DNA from: a virus
IMG/VR virus record: IMGVR_UViG_3300045988_144274
Span: 1 to 64,000 of that record
Reading direction: 5' to 3' (one strand)
Length of the DNA stretch: 64,000 nt
The translations under genes and the position numbers were made by a program. Below, piece after piece: positions 46,734 to 55,426 of the stretch. Position 1 is the first letter of the stretch; each line of letters opens with the position of its first letter. A model generated the notes under the pieces. It was given only the letters and a program-made list of their open reading frames with translations. It was not told the origin of the DNA and ran no database searches.

Positions 46734-48687
46734 CTCTTAATTCATTATCACTGTCATTTACTATTAATTCGATTAATTGATGGCAAGTTTTTATTTCATT
46801 GCTAGAATCTATTAGATTCATATCATCAACAAACAGAGGCAAACTTACATTGAAGAAATCTGCAAAAGCATTTGCAATATCAATACCAATAAGTATTCTT
46901 TCTGCACCGTTTGATGTAGCAGCAATTGCTCCATCTATTCCAGTAATCACGCAATCAGGAATCCAAACACCGGATTTATCCTGTGACATCATGGTAATAT
47001 TGCACCGTTTGAAGAATTTATTTACTCTATCAGAAATAATCTTAGCTCTTTCTTCTTCGTATGTTTTAATTTGATTATCTAACTTTTCTTGTTCTGCTAA
47101 AGCATTGGCAGTATCTTTCAGTTGTTTCTTAAATTCTTCTATTTTTTTCTCTTGTTTTTTGCGCTCATCAATAAGTCCCATTTTTTTGCTTTCCTCTTCA
47201 ATATTCGACATTAAAGCTTTTTTCATGGAAAGTAAACCTGAATTATCTTGTTCAGGAATAGTTGTTATTGTCTTTTTCTTTTCTTCTAATAAGCTAACTA
47301 ATGATTTATATTTTTCAGTTTGCTCAAATGGGATAACATTTTGTTGAACTTCATCATATTCTTTTTGTAAAGTAGACAGATCTTTCTTCTCCAAAAGAGC
47401 AGTCGGAATATCAGCAAGATTCTCTTCACATTCTGCAATTACTTTAGTTACATCATCAATTCTTGCTTTTACATTCAGCCCTTCTTTTATTATATTTTCT
47501 TTTTCTATTTCTACTTGTTTATAAAACTCCTTTTTTAATAATTCTAATTTGTCATCAGGAAGAGTTTGTCCACAATAAGAACATTTATCTGCTGAAAATT
47601 CCTTTTCCAAACATTCATCCAATTTAGTTAATAGATTATTTCTTCTTTCATTTAGAATTCCTAAATCTATATTTAATGATTTTATTTTATCAGATAGAAC
47701 TCTTCTTTTTCTTCGGTTTTCTTCGTTTTTATTATCTATATTTTTATTCTCTTCTGTTACAGAACATATATTAGAAAGAATAGAAGCTGAAATCTTATTC
47801 TGTTCTTCATCGTATTTTTCTTTTTCAGTTCTAATATTCCGTTCCCAATCAGATATTTCTTGCAAATCTTTATTTCTCTTTTCTATTAGAGGTTTAATAG
47901 ATTCAGCACTTCCTTGTAATTCTTTATCTATATCCGAAATTTGATTTTTATAATTTTCTATGGCTTTCTTAGCACTTTCCGCCTCTTCTACATTTGGCAG
48001 ATTTTCCTCCAAAGTTTTTATCGTAAGAGGAAGGGATTTAAGAGAGTCTTTTAGAGGTTTAATATCTGACGAAATTCGGGCTTTTAATTCAGAGAGTGAA
48101 TACTTCTCTAGTTGCTCTAATAATTCCTTGTAATTACCCGTTAAGTCGTTGTCTGTTATTTCACCTGCCATTACAGCAAGATATTTACGTTGTTCTTTCC
48201 AATCTAAATATAAAAAGTAATTAATATCCAAAATAGAGCGAAGAACTTCCAAATCACAAAATAAATCTGCAATCTTTTCTTTATACTTTCCGGCACTTAA
48301 CTCTACTCCATCAATAAAGAACTTATAATCATCTGTTCCTTTTCTTTCATAAGAATTGCTTCCTCTACGTCTAATCCATCCCACTTCTGCTGTTTTTTTC
48401 AATGAATATTCATATCCATTTGCCTCGATGATAGCCTCAACGACAGCGGCAGGAGAATCTTCTGGTATATATGTTTTAGTATTGTCGAATAAATTATAGT
48501 TCATTCTATTTTCCCCATCATATCCTGTAATAAGCCATAGGAATGCATGACGAAGAGAGGACTTACCTGCTTTATTTTGACCATATACTTTAGTAATATC
48601 TTCATTAAAAGATATTTCTTTGTTTTGTTTTCTCCAATTTTGAAGAATAAGCTTTTTTAAAATTACTTTTTTCATTTCGTTTATCAT
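46726..48687 (-). CDS. Rad50/SbcC-like AAA ATPase with coiled coil and CxxC hook
   Basis: Walker A QNKAGKSSL, Walker B LPLFVDDMNLID, a long coiled coil with a central CSYCGQ. Confidence 0.7.
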   Translation of the reverse strand: MINEMKKVILKKLILQNWRKQNKEISFNEDITKVYGQNKAGKSSLRHAFLWLITGYDGENRMNYNLFDNTKTYIPEDSPAAVVEAIIEANGYEYSLKKTAEVGWIRRRGSNSYERKGTDDYKFFIDGVELSAGKYKEKIADLFCDLEVLRSILDINYFLYLDWKEQRKYLAVMAGEITDNDLTGNYKELLEQLEKYSLSELKARISSDIKPLKDSLKSLPLTIKTLEENLPNVEEAESAKKAIENYKNQISDIDKELQGSAESIKPLIEKRNKDLQEISDWERNIRTEKEKYDEEQNKISASILSNICSVTEENKNIDNKNEENRRKRRVLSDKIKSLNIDLGILNERRNNLLTKLDECLEKEFSADKCSYCGQTLPDDKLELLKKEFYKQVEIEKENIIKEGLNVKARIDDVTKVIAECEENLADIPTALLEKKDLSTLQKEYDEVQQNVIPFEQTEKYKSLVSLLEEKKKTITTIPEQDNSGLLSMKKALMSNIEEESKKMGLIDERKKQEKKIEEFKKQLKDTANALAEQEKLDNQIKTYEEERAKIISDRVNKFFKRCNITMMSQDKSGVWIPDCVITGIDGAIAATSNGAERILIGIDIANAFADFFNVSLPLFVDDMNLIDSSNEIKTCHQLIELIVNDSDNELRVE

Positions 48688-48700
48688 TATAGTTAATTAT

Positions 48701-49075
48701 CTATTCCTCCCATTCTATTTTAGCGGTATCAATAAAAAGCTTGTCTGATGCTTTATACTTCAACGCTTCTTCTTTTGTCTTATATATGATTGAAGAACCA
48801 ATAAAATTTTCTCCATTGGTGCACTTGTATATATTTATCCATCCTTCTCTCTTCTCTCCGACCATACATAAATTCTTGTCTTTTGTAAGTGCTTTTTCCC
48901 AATATATGCCATCTTGGGTATAAGAATATGGTTTTTCGCCTTCGTCCGTAAAAATTAACGCAACAATAGGATATTGGTAATTCACAGCGTCAAAACATAT
49001 AATCCGAACTGCTTCACCTTTCACTGTGCATACTTTAGCACCTTCTTTGGCTTTTTCTAAATCAAATGGTTTCAT
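48701..49075 (-). CDS. Hypothetical protein
   Basis: Operon context. Confidence 0.5.
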   Translation of the reverse strand: MKPFDLEKAKEGAKVCTVKGEAVRIICFDAVNYQYPIVALIFTDEGEKPYSYTQDGIYWEKALTKDKNLCMVGEKREGWINIYKCTNGENFIGSSIIYKTKEEALKYKASDKLFIDTAKIEWEE

Positions 49076-49703
49076 ATTTTTTATTTTTAAAGTGTTTAAT
49101 TAGCTCTTCCACGGTAGCCTTGTGAAAACTTCCTGAAATGATTGTTGCGTGCATCCAATTTATATCCCAAAAGAATACGCTACCTTTAGGTTCTGTAAAA
49201 TAGTGGTCGTTACCCACAGCATCATCATAAGAAACGCTAAGGGGTGAATCTGCTATAAACCATTGATTTTCATTTGTATCATCCCTTAATGCAACTATAG
49301 CAAGAAAAAGATTTTCGTTGGTTCCGCAATCAATAAAACTATCGTCTAGTGATACATTATAAGGAACGTATTCGCCATCAATAGTTGTAATTAATTTGCT
49401 ATCATCAGTTATTTGGAAAGGATTTCCATATTTTTTATATCCCAACTCTTCCAACTTCTTCCGAAGCTCCGGTGTATTTTTGCGTATAAACGCTGCTGTT
49501 GTAAATCTCATAGTTATTTCCTCCTTCTTTACCAATTCAACTTCTGTCGGCTCTTCATCTTCCCATTTTACTTCGGGAAACAGTTCAGAATCAAGCCTAA
49601 TCCAATCAAAGCAATGTTTTGTTGGTTGCCAATATTCATCAATCTTTACGGGTCCTCCAGTGAAAAGGCATAAATCCCCACATTTGTCTCTTGTTACATA
49701 CAT
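49062..49703 (-). CDS. Hypothetical protein; C-terminal half paralogous to 33202..33663
   Basis: Shared motifs (see 33202..33663). Confidence 0.55.
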   Translation of the reverse strand: MYVTRDKCGDLCLFTGGPVKIDEYWQPTKHCFDWIRLDSELFPEVKWEDEEPTEVELVKKEEITMRFTTAAFIRKNTPELRKKLEELGYKKYGNPFQITDDSKLITTIDGEYVPYNVSLDDSFIDCGTNENLFLAIVALRDDTNENQWFIADSPLSVSYDDAVGNDHYFTEPKGSVFFWDINWMHATIISGSFHKATVEELIKHFKNKKYETI

Positions 49704-49731
49704 ATTATCATCCTTTCTATTTAACGCTATG

Positions 49732-49974
49732 CTAATTAATCTTATAAGTTACGCCCAAACATAACACTTTATCAGACACACCTATATCGTCAAATTCAAG
49801 TTCTACATATTGGGTTTCGTATGGATAAGGATATATTCGACCATATTTGTTATGCAACTCTCTTACTTCATCATCCGACAATTTGCGCCTAACTCTCATC
49901 TCAATTTCGTAATCATCGGAAAGATTTTCAATGATTTTTCTAAGCTGCCCTACATTCTTTACCTCCATGTTCAA
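49732..49974 (-). CDS. Hypothetical protein
   Basis: Operon context. Confidence 0.5.
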   Translation of the reverse strand: MNMEVKNVGQLRKIIENLSDDYEIEMRVRRKLSDDEVRELHNKYGRIYPYPYETQYVELEFDDIGVSDKVLCLGVTYKIN

Positions 49975-50174
49975 TCTCCTTCCCCCTTTAAATCATTAAT
50001 TGCAATATCCCTAATACTTCTAGTGCCAAATCCGCTATAAGTCAACGTTCCTCCATAAAACTTAAGAGTGTCTCCTTTAACAGTAATAATCGTTCCACCT
50101 TTTAAAGGACCAGCTATATCATCTTTACAAGATAATAACATGATTATCATAAGTATAATTAATATAAATCTCAT
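49971..50174 (-). CDS. Small lipoprotein
   Basis: Signal peptide plus lipobox LLSC followed by KDD. AAGGAG upstream. Confidence 0.5.
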   Translation of the reverse strand: MRFILIILMIIMLLSCKDDIAGPLKGGTIITVKGDTLKFYGGTLTYSGFGTRSIRDIAINDLKGEGD

Positions 50175-50193
50175 TAGTCAATCTCCTTTCTCT

Positions 50194-50331
50194 TTAATCT
50201 GTTCTAGTATATTCTATCTTAATTTTTTTAATTTTACACCACTCGTCAAAGGTTATTACACTTATATGCCCATATTGTTCCAATAAAGATTGTTCATATT
50301 GAAACAGTTCTTTTGCTGCTTCTTCAGTCAT
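50194..50331 (-). CDS. Small hypothetical protein (45 aa, below the track cutoff)
   Basis: MTEEAAKELFQYEQ... The frame was checked. AAGGAG lies 8 nt upstream. Confidence 0.35.
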   Translation of the reverse strand: MTEEAAKELFQYEQSLLEQYGHISVITFDEWCKIKKIKIEYTRTD

Positions 50332-50353
50332 TTATTAATCTCCTTTCTAATAT

Positions 50354-50668
50354 TTATTCGTCAAACTTCGGTATTGGCATCCAGTGGGTAATTTCTCCGA
50401 AGACTTTATAAGCGTCTTCTCCGTAAGTAATAAATCCACTATTTTTGCCATGAAGATAGGCAGTGCACTTTCCACCATATTCACCACGTACTAATACTAT
50501 GTCTTGATTATCCGGCAACCTGTCCTCTACGCTTATCCATGGAGATTGCTTTGCGTTCCATTCAGCACCAGCGATAAAATCATCCTGTGTTTCTCTATAC
50601 AAAATTCCTCTATCAGTAGGTTCATACTGCCCGTCAGCGTATTCTTTTGCAGCTTCTTGTATATTCAT
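50354..50668 (-). CDS. DUF551-like protein
   Basis: WISVEDRLPDNQDIVLV...ITHWMPIPK pattern, typical of DUF551. Confidence 0.55.
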   Translation of the reverse strand: MNIQEAAKEYADGQYEPTDRGILYRETQDDFIAGAEWNAKQSPWISVEDRLPDNQDIVLVRGEYGGKCTAYLHGKNSGFITYGEDAYKVFGEITHWMPIPKFDE

Positions 50669-50680
50669 ATTTTATTTGTT

Positions 50681-50896
50681 TTAAATAAATACATAATCTC
50701 CGTTTTGGAATCCCCAAATAGTATGTAGTAAAATCCAATCATCTTGAAATTTACATCCATCCTTTTCGCATTCAACCACCAGCATATTTGCTTTATCAGC
50801 ATAAATTAATGGGGTTACGATACCTGTAAATACACCATTTCGTCCGGTGAATTTATTACCTTCCTTTAATCGCTTGATTATTTCCTCTTGATTCAT
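50681..50896 (-). CDS. Hypothetical protein
   Basis: Operon context. Confidence 0.5.
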   Translation of the reverse strand: MNQEEIIKRLKEGNKFTGRNGVFTGIVTPLIYADKANMLVVECEKDGCKFQDDWILLHTIWGFQNGDYVFI

Positions 50897-50898
50897 AT

Positions 50899-51138
50899 TT
50901 ATCTTGTTTTACGTTTTTCTATTAGTTCTTCTTCACTGACGGTCGTATTAGAAAGGTCGCAAAGATTAGAAATATTTGTTGTATTATTTGGTTTACAATA
51001 CAAACACATTTGAGTAAACGGTGAATATACCCTTCCACACTTCGGACAAATCCATCCTTGCTGTCCGAACATTCCGTTATACGTATTTACTGCACTTGAT
51101 TCTATTTTTGGGACAGAACCTTGATTTATACTTTCCAT
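50899..51138 (-). CDS. Small zinc-ribbon protein
   Basis: CPKCG...CLYC. Confidence 0.5.
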   Translation of the reverse strand: MESINQGSVPKIESSAVNTYNGMFGQQGWICPKCGRVYSPFTQMCLYCKPNNTTNISNLCDLSNTTVSEEELIEKRKTR

Positions 51139-51153
51139 ATTTTTATATTTTAG

Positions 51154-51375
51154 TTATTTCTTATGTATCAATCGTTTAATAGCATCCTTTTTAGAGTATG
51201 CCATAACTTTCTTTCCTTTTATGGTAAACTCTCTCAACTCTTTAATTGATGACTTAACTTTATAGTCAGGATTAAAAGCCATTTCTTTTTTACGATTTAT
51301 TGAGTATGAATTATAACTTTGCGCTGCTGCACACATTGCTGCTGTTGCCAGTAACATTTGCTTTATCTTACTCAT
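51154..51375 (-). CDS. Small basic protein with N-terminal signal/TM segment
   Basis: Operon context. Confidence 0.45.
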   Translation of the reverse strand: MSKIKQMLLATAAMCAAAQSYNSYSINRKKEMAFNPDYKVKSSIKELREFTIKGKKVMAYSKKDAIKRLIHKK

Positions 51376-51650
51376 AATGATAGTTTTTTAATGTCATCCA
51401 CTGATAGTTTATCCTTTCCTTTGGCATATTCGAAGAATCCTACTACAGAACATACACGTTCAGGAAGGTCATAATCACCTGTTTCAGGTAATGTCACCAA
51501 GATACTAAGTCCTGTTCCATTAATATATTCGCAAGAAACGAAATCGTCAAAATCAATATACTTTTGTGCCTCTACAGCTAGAAGGTCGCAGTAGTGTAGA
51601 TATGTATTGTAGCCTCCAATAGCATCATCTATTAATTTATCTATATTCAT
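51372..51650 (-). CDS. Hypothetical protein
   Basis: Operon context. Confidence 0.5.
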   Translation of the reverse strand: MNIDKLIDDAIGGYNTYLHYCDLLAVEAQKYIDFDDFVSCEYINGTGLSILVTLPETGDYDLPERVCSVVGFFEYAKGKDKLSVDDIKKLSL

Positions 51651-51652
51651 TT

Positions 51653-51964
51653 CTATTCTTGTTTAACATATTTATAAATTAGGATAGTATCAGTAACAGT
51701 CTTATGTTCTGTATTAGCATCAATCTTCTGTTTAAATTCTGTACTATTCCTTTCTTTGCAATACTTACAATTCCCTTTATGATCGATGCTAGTTACTATA
51801 TATCCATAATAAGTCCTTGATTGAACCATAATGTACTCACACGAATCAATCTCAATTACATCATATTCAAGAGTTGAATCTTTCTCTGTTCTTGCTTTTT
51901 GTCCACATGACATTAATAATAACGCCATTAGTGCTAAAAATAAATAGTAAATATTACTTTTCAT
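51653..51964 (-). CDS. Small lipoprotein
   Basis: Signal peptide plus lipobox LLMSC. Confidence 0.5.
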   Translation of the reverse strand: MKSNIYYLFLALMALLLMSCGQKARTEKDSTLEYDVIEIDSCEYIMVQSRTYYGYIVTSIDHKGNCKYCKERNSTEFKQKIDANTEHKTVTDTILIYKYVKQE

Positions 51965-52377
51965 AATTGTATGTTTAATTCTTTATTTGTAATTGCAAAA
52001 TATAAGTTTTGTACCTCATGTATATAATTAATAGGCATGTAATTCCATGTATTCAATATCGTTCTAAAATTATTGTCAAAATACATAATTCGTTGTTTCT
52101 TTCCTTGTCCATCATCGGGAGAAAGCATACCACACATTTTATTATCAGAATTTATATATTCAAATCCACAAGTCAAAAGTACTTCTTCGGTCAGAGGAAT
52201 ACCTTCAACTTTAGATTCCTCCTCTTCTCTGAAAGTACCATCTTCCATCTCTATTGTTATGTTGTAATCGTCATTAGCACATTCATTACAAAATGTATTA
52301 CTCATTAGAGATACTACTTTCCCAATTCCTTCGTCTATTTTAACGTAATTACCAATTCTTAATTCTTCTGCTTTCAT
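51961..52377 (-). CDS. Hypothetical protein, paralog of 46299..46733
   Basis: See 46299..46733. Confidence 0.55.
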   Translation of the reverse strand: MKAEELRIGNYVKIDEGIGKVVSLMSNTFCNECANDDYNITIEMEDGTFREEEESKVEGIPLTEEVLLTCGFEYINSDNKMCGMLSPDDGQGKKQRIMYFDNNFRTILNTWNYMPINYIHEVQNLYFAITNKELNIQL

Positions 52378-52379
52378 GA

Positions 52380-52538
52380 TTATTTATATTTTTTAGAAAG
52401 TTTGATAACAAAATCAATAACATCAAAGCCTATAAAAAAAGGCATACATATAGATAAAAGATCCACATTCTCGTTTACACATTGATGGTTAATGCTTTCA
52501 GCTATTAATATAGCTGATAATAATATTACTGTTCGCAT
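52380..52538 (-). CDS. Small hydrophobic protein (52 aa, below the track cutoff)
   Basis: MRTVILLSAILIAES... The frame was checked codon by codon. Confidence 0.3.
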   Translation of the reverse strand: MRTVILLSAILIAESINHQCVNENVDLLSICMPFFIGFDVIDFVIKLSKKYK

Positions 52539-52927
52539 AATGGTTTCATTCTTTGTATTAAGTGAAGAGAGAGAGTCATTAATTGTTTAACTTGCTCTTC
52601 ATTTGGATAATCTTCTTCGTAAAAGTCTATTATATTCAATAAGGTATCACAACCGGAACAAGAACCATAATAGGTATGTGTCATAAGATAATCTTCTATT
52701 CCAGGCTGATATACATCTTTTTCAGGGATGATGAATATCTCTGTACCTGACCAATCTCCATCATCAATTACGTGTATATTTTCCACATCATATTCAGATA
52801 TAACATACGTGAATATAGCTCTTACTATTTTTAAGTATGAATCATATTCTTTCAATTCGTTTTCTCTAAACCATTTTTCCAACTTATGCTTATTAGCTTC
52901 CCATTGATCTATAATTTCTTTTATCAT
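52526..52927 (-). CDS. Hypothetical protein
   Basis: 133-aa ORF, 77 nt downstream of tnpB. Confidence 0.55.
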   Translation of the reverse strand: MIKEIIDQWEANKHKLEKWFRENELKEYDSYLKIVRAIFTYVISEYDVENIHVIDDGDWSGTEIFIIPEKDVYQPGIEDYLMTHTYYGSCSGCDTLLNIIDFYEEDYPNEEQVKQLMTLSLHLIQRMKPLCEQ

Positions 52928-52929
52928 AG

Positions 52930-53150
52930 CTTTTATTATTAAATTCGTTTACACATTGGTATTATTACTTCTTCGATTTCTCTCCATGGTACTTATTTAT
53001 GAGTCTACACAAGTATTCTCAATGGTGTCTCCACTCCACCTCTACTCACTACTTGCATATAGCTTTCGTGAGATACTTTTCTTAAAATTCCTATCGTTCC
53101 GTTAAGGTCAGCATTCAGGATTTTCCCTGTACTGCTACGGTATAGACCTC
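52930..53150 (-). ncRNA. Predicted position of the TnpB guide (omega/right-end) RNA; position inferred, not seen
   Basis: By analogy with IS200/IS605 TnpB systems, the scaffold overlaps the 3' end of tnpB and runs into the right end. Only 77 nt separate the tnpB stop from the next gene. Confidence 0.25.
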
Positions 53151-54180
53151 TCTTTATTCGTTTACCCAAGTAACTATCATGGTGACACATCTCTTCTCCG
53201 GCATAGTGGTCAACTTTAGAAGTATAGCTTTCTTCTGTTATGACTACCCTTATTCCCACTTCTTCGGATTTATACTGTATCATGGATATAAGCTTTTCAA
53301 ATGGTATGCTTACAAAGTTCTGATTGTTTCTCTTTCCCATATTACAGTTTTGCTTCCAGTCTTTATTGTTTCCTATTACAATAGTACCGATATGATGTTC
53401 TATACAATAGTTTACAATAAAACGTGATGCTTTATGCATATAGTCATTTACTTTACAATTTCTCTTTAATGTCAGCTTACCTATTCTATTACTCGTACCT
53501 CTGTTCCCTATATAGCTCATGAGTAATGATATTTTCTTGTTAAAGTATTGGTTGATGGATTTCAACGGTCTGCCATTTACGATAAAACTCTTTTGATTGA
53601 GTGAATCGTATGAAGTTACAAGATTATTCAATCCTAAATCAATACTCAAATAAGAATCCGGCTCTAGTCCGGTGGTTTCAATACTTTCCTTTTCATATAC
53701 TACTTCTATTATGTGGCAACTACATTGAGGTATAATCCTCACTTGGCACAAATTAGTCACCTTTGTTCTTAACGGTTGTATGTTCGCTTTCTTCGGGAAG
53801 TGGATGTATCCGTCATTCAACTTGCATTGTTGCGAGGTGAATACGACTATGTTCCGTCCTTTCGTCTTATGCTTGTACTTTGGAAGTTTCGGTTTTCCTT
53901 TCAACTTGTCCTTGCACTTGCACAGCTTGAAGAACGACTCCCAGTTCTTGAATAGCAACTTAACTATCTGTTGACTTGTCTGTGACGGTAGAACGATATA
54001 GTCAGCCTGTTTTTCTTTTGCAAGCCTTGTAGTAACTTCATATTCAGATAACATCTTCCCATTCTGCGTAAATTCCTGACGTATCAGATAGTTCACGTAG
54101 TTGTACAAGTTCTTGGATAAAAAGCAAAGATTATCCAAATTCTTATCTCCAATGATAATATGTCGTTCTACTCGCTGCAT
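53005..54180 (-). CDS. tnpB: TnpB (IS200/IS605-family RNA-guided nuclease, OrfB); no tnpA present
   Basis: RuvC-like triad strings SIDLGLNNL (D), ITEESYTSKVD (E), ILNADLNGTIGILRK (D). 391 aa. The GKRIKRGLYRSSTGKILNADLNG segment is typical of one TnpB subgroup. Confidence 0.8.
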   Translation of the reverse strand: MQRVERHIIIGDKNLDNLCFLSKNLYNYVNYLIRQEFTQNGKMLSEYEVTTRLAKEKQADYIVLPSQTSQQIVKLLFKNWESFFKLCKCKDKLKGKPKLPKYKHKTKGRNIVVFTSQQCKLNDGYIHFPKKANIQPLRTKVTNLCQVRIIPQCSCHIIEVVYEKESIETTGLEPDSYLSIDLGLNNLVTSYDSLNQKSFIVNGRPLKSINQYFNKKISLLMSYIGNRGTSNRIGKLTLKRNCKVNDYMHKASRFIVNYCIEHHIGTIVIGNNKDWKQNCNMGKRNNQNFVSIPFEKLISMIQYKSEEVGIRVVITEESYTSKVDHYAGEEMCHHDSYLGKRIKRGLYRSSTGKILNADLNGTIGILRKVSHESYMQVVSRGGVETPLRILV

Positions 54181-54520
54181 ACATAAATATAATCAATTAT
54201 ATGCTTGTTTTTATTAATTATCTTTCATTTATTAAACTATCCAAGAGCTTTAAGCCTTCACGAGCAGGTAAAAGTTTGCCTAAAGAGAAATATTTCTATC
54301 TCTCTCGGCTTAAACTTTAAAAGTCTACGATTGAACTATCCTGTCGCCCATCGCCTCTTTCGCAGTCTTGAATATCAACGTAAATAATTCAAGTTCACTC
54401 TAATCGGTTTACGTCCCGAACATACAGACATCGTTTATGCCATTGTGATATGTATGTAGCCCCTTGTATCACATTTACAACTTTCTTTCCAAGCGGTCTT
54501 TACTGCAATAATTTTCGGTG

Positions 54521-54558
54521 TAAAAAGAAAGCCGTATTAAGAATCAACTTAATACGGC
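54521..54558 (-). terminator. Intrinsic terminator (minus strand), perfect 11-bp stem
   Basis: gccgtattaag (54531-41) / cttaatacggc (54548-58). On the minus strand it is followed by TTTCTTTTT. Confidence 0.65.
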
Positions 54559-54562
54559 ATCC

Positions 54563-54622
54563 TAAAAAGGAAATCCGTATTAGCGAACTGTCTATGACAG
54601 GTAGGACACACTATACGGATTT
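54563..54622 (-). terminator. Second terminator-like hairpin (10-bp stem, large structured loop)
   Basis: aaatccgtat (54571-80) / atacggattt (54613-22), with an inner ctgtc/gacag hairpin. Followed by CCTTTTT on the minus strand. Confidence 0.5.
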
Positions 54623-54797
54623 ATTATTATATCCAATTTTAAAAAAAAATGTTTCTATAATGTCTGCATAGGTGTCCTACTTCCTAATACATCGGCAAAT
54701 ATCTTCTTTATTTTTGAGATGAGCAAGAGAAAAGTAGTATTTAACATTTATATAACTTTTAAACAACCTTATGGATAACCATACTAAAACCACATGG

Positions 54798-54934
54798 TTA
54801 TAATAGGATAACATCTTTGGTTGCTTCGGTTTTCACATTTTCAATGAGATAATCACTCCATCCATCGTTGAATTTCACATCTCTAGTTTTATCTTCTACT
54901 TCTTCAAGTAGTTCAATCAAAGCTTCAACTGTCA
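54798..54934 (-). pseudogene. Frameshifted paralog of the 54953..55072 micro-ORF
   Basis: MTVEALIELLEE then TAG. One frame over, VEDKTRDVKFNDGWSDYLIENVKTEATKDVILL continues. A single missing A in GAAGA(A)GTA would restore 45 aa. Confidence 0.35.
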
Positions 54935-54952
54935 TATTCAATAATCATAAAG

Positions 54953-55072
54953 TTCAACACAATCTTCACGCTCTATGACATCTTTCACTTCATCGTCAAA
55001 AATGTCTATTCTCACAGGTTTGCTTTTATCTTTAATTTCAGATAAAATATCAATTAGTTCTTGCACTGTCAT
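54953..55072 (-). CDS. Micro-ORF (39 aa)
   Basis: MTVQELIDILSEIKDKSKPV... preceded by AGGAGG. Paralogous N-terminus to the neighbouring frameshifted copy. Confidence 0.35.
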
Positions 55073-55113
55073 AATTTATCCTCCTATTTTACATTAAGTG
55101 TTCACTGCCTTAA

Positions 55114-55317
55114 TTAAACCTCTTGTACTTTCAATATTTCATCTAGCCGAAACAAAGCTCTATCATATTCTACTTCATTGTCAAAGTAGAAATACCTTGT
55201 TCCGTTCCCGTACTTCATTTCAATGCAGAATTTACCACTTGAAACACTATTTCCACGTCCTTTGTATTCTTTGATACTTGCGTCTTTCAATCGTTGATTT
55301 TGTATTCTTATCCACAT
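55114..55317 (-). CDS. Hypothetical protein
   Basis: 67-aa ORF in the minus-strand series. Confidence 0.45.
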   Translation of the reverse strand: MWIRIQNQRLKDASIKEYKGRGNSVSSGKFCIEMKYGNGTRYFYFDNEVEYDRALFRLDEILKVQEV

Positions 55318-55426
55318 ATTTTTATGATTTAAATGATTCTACTAGTCACCAAATTAACAAACTTTCTATTGCTATTCTAATAAAAGGGAATAAATTCAGT
55401 TTCTTTTAGCTTTCTCATATCATTTG

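Noticed and set aside
54529-54560. Hairpin beginning AGCCGUAU, reminiscent of group II intron domain V
   Set aside because: It is a perfect 11-bp stem with no 2-nt bulge and no GNRA loop, and no RT/maturase ORF is present. The following U-run fits a terminator.
54599-54608. Shared short words between non-coding regions (GGTAGGACAC at 54599 and 61147; AAAAGTCTACG at ~54319 and ~60584)
   Set aside because: Many 10-11-mer coincidences are expected by chance in 64 kb, and no extended similarity surrounds them.
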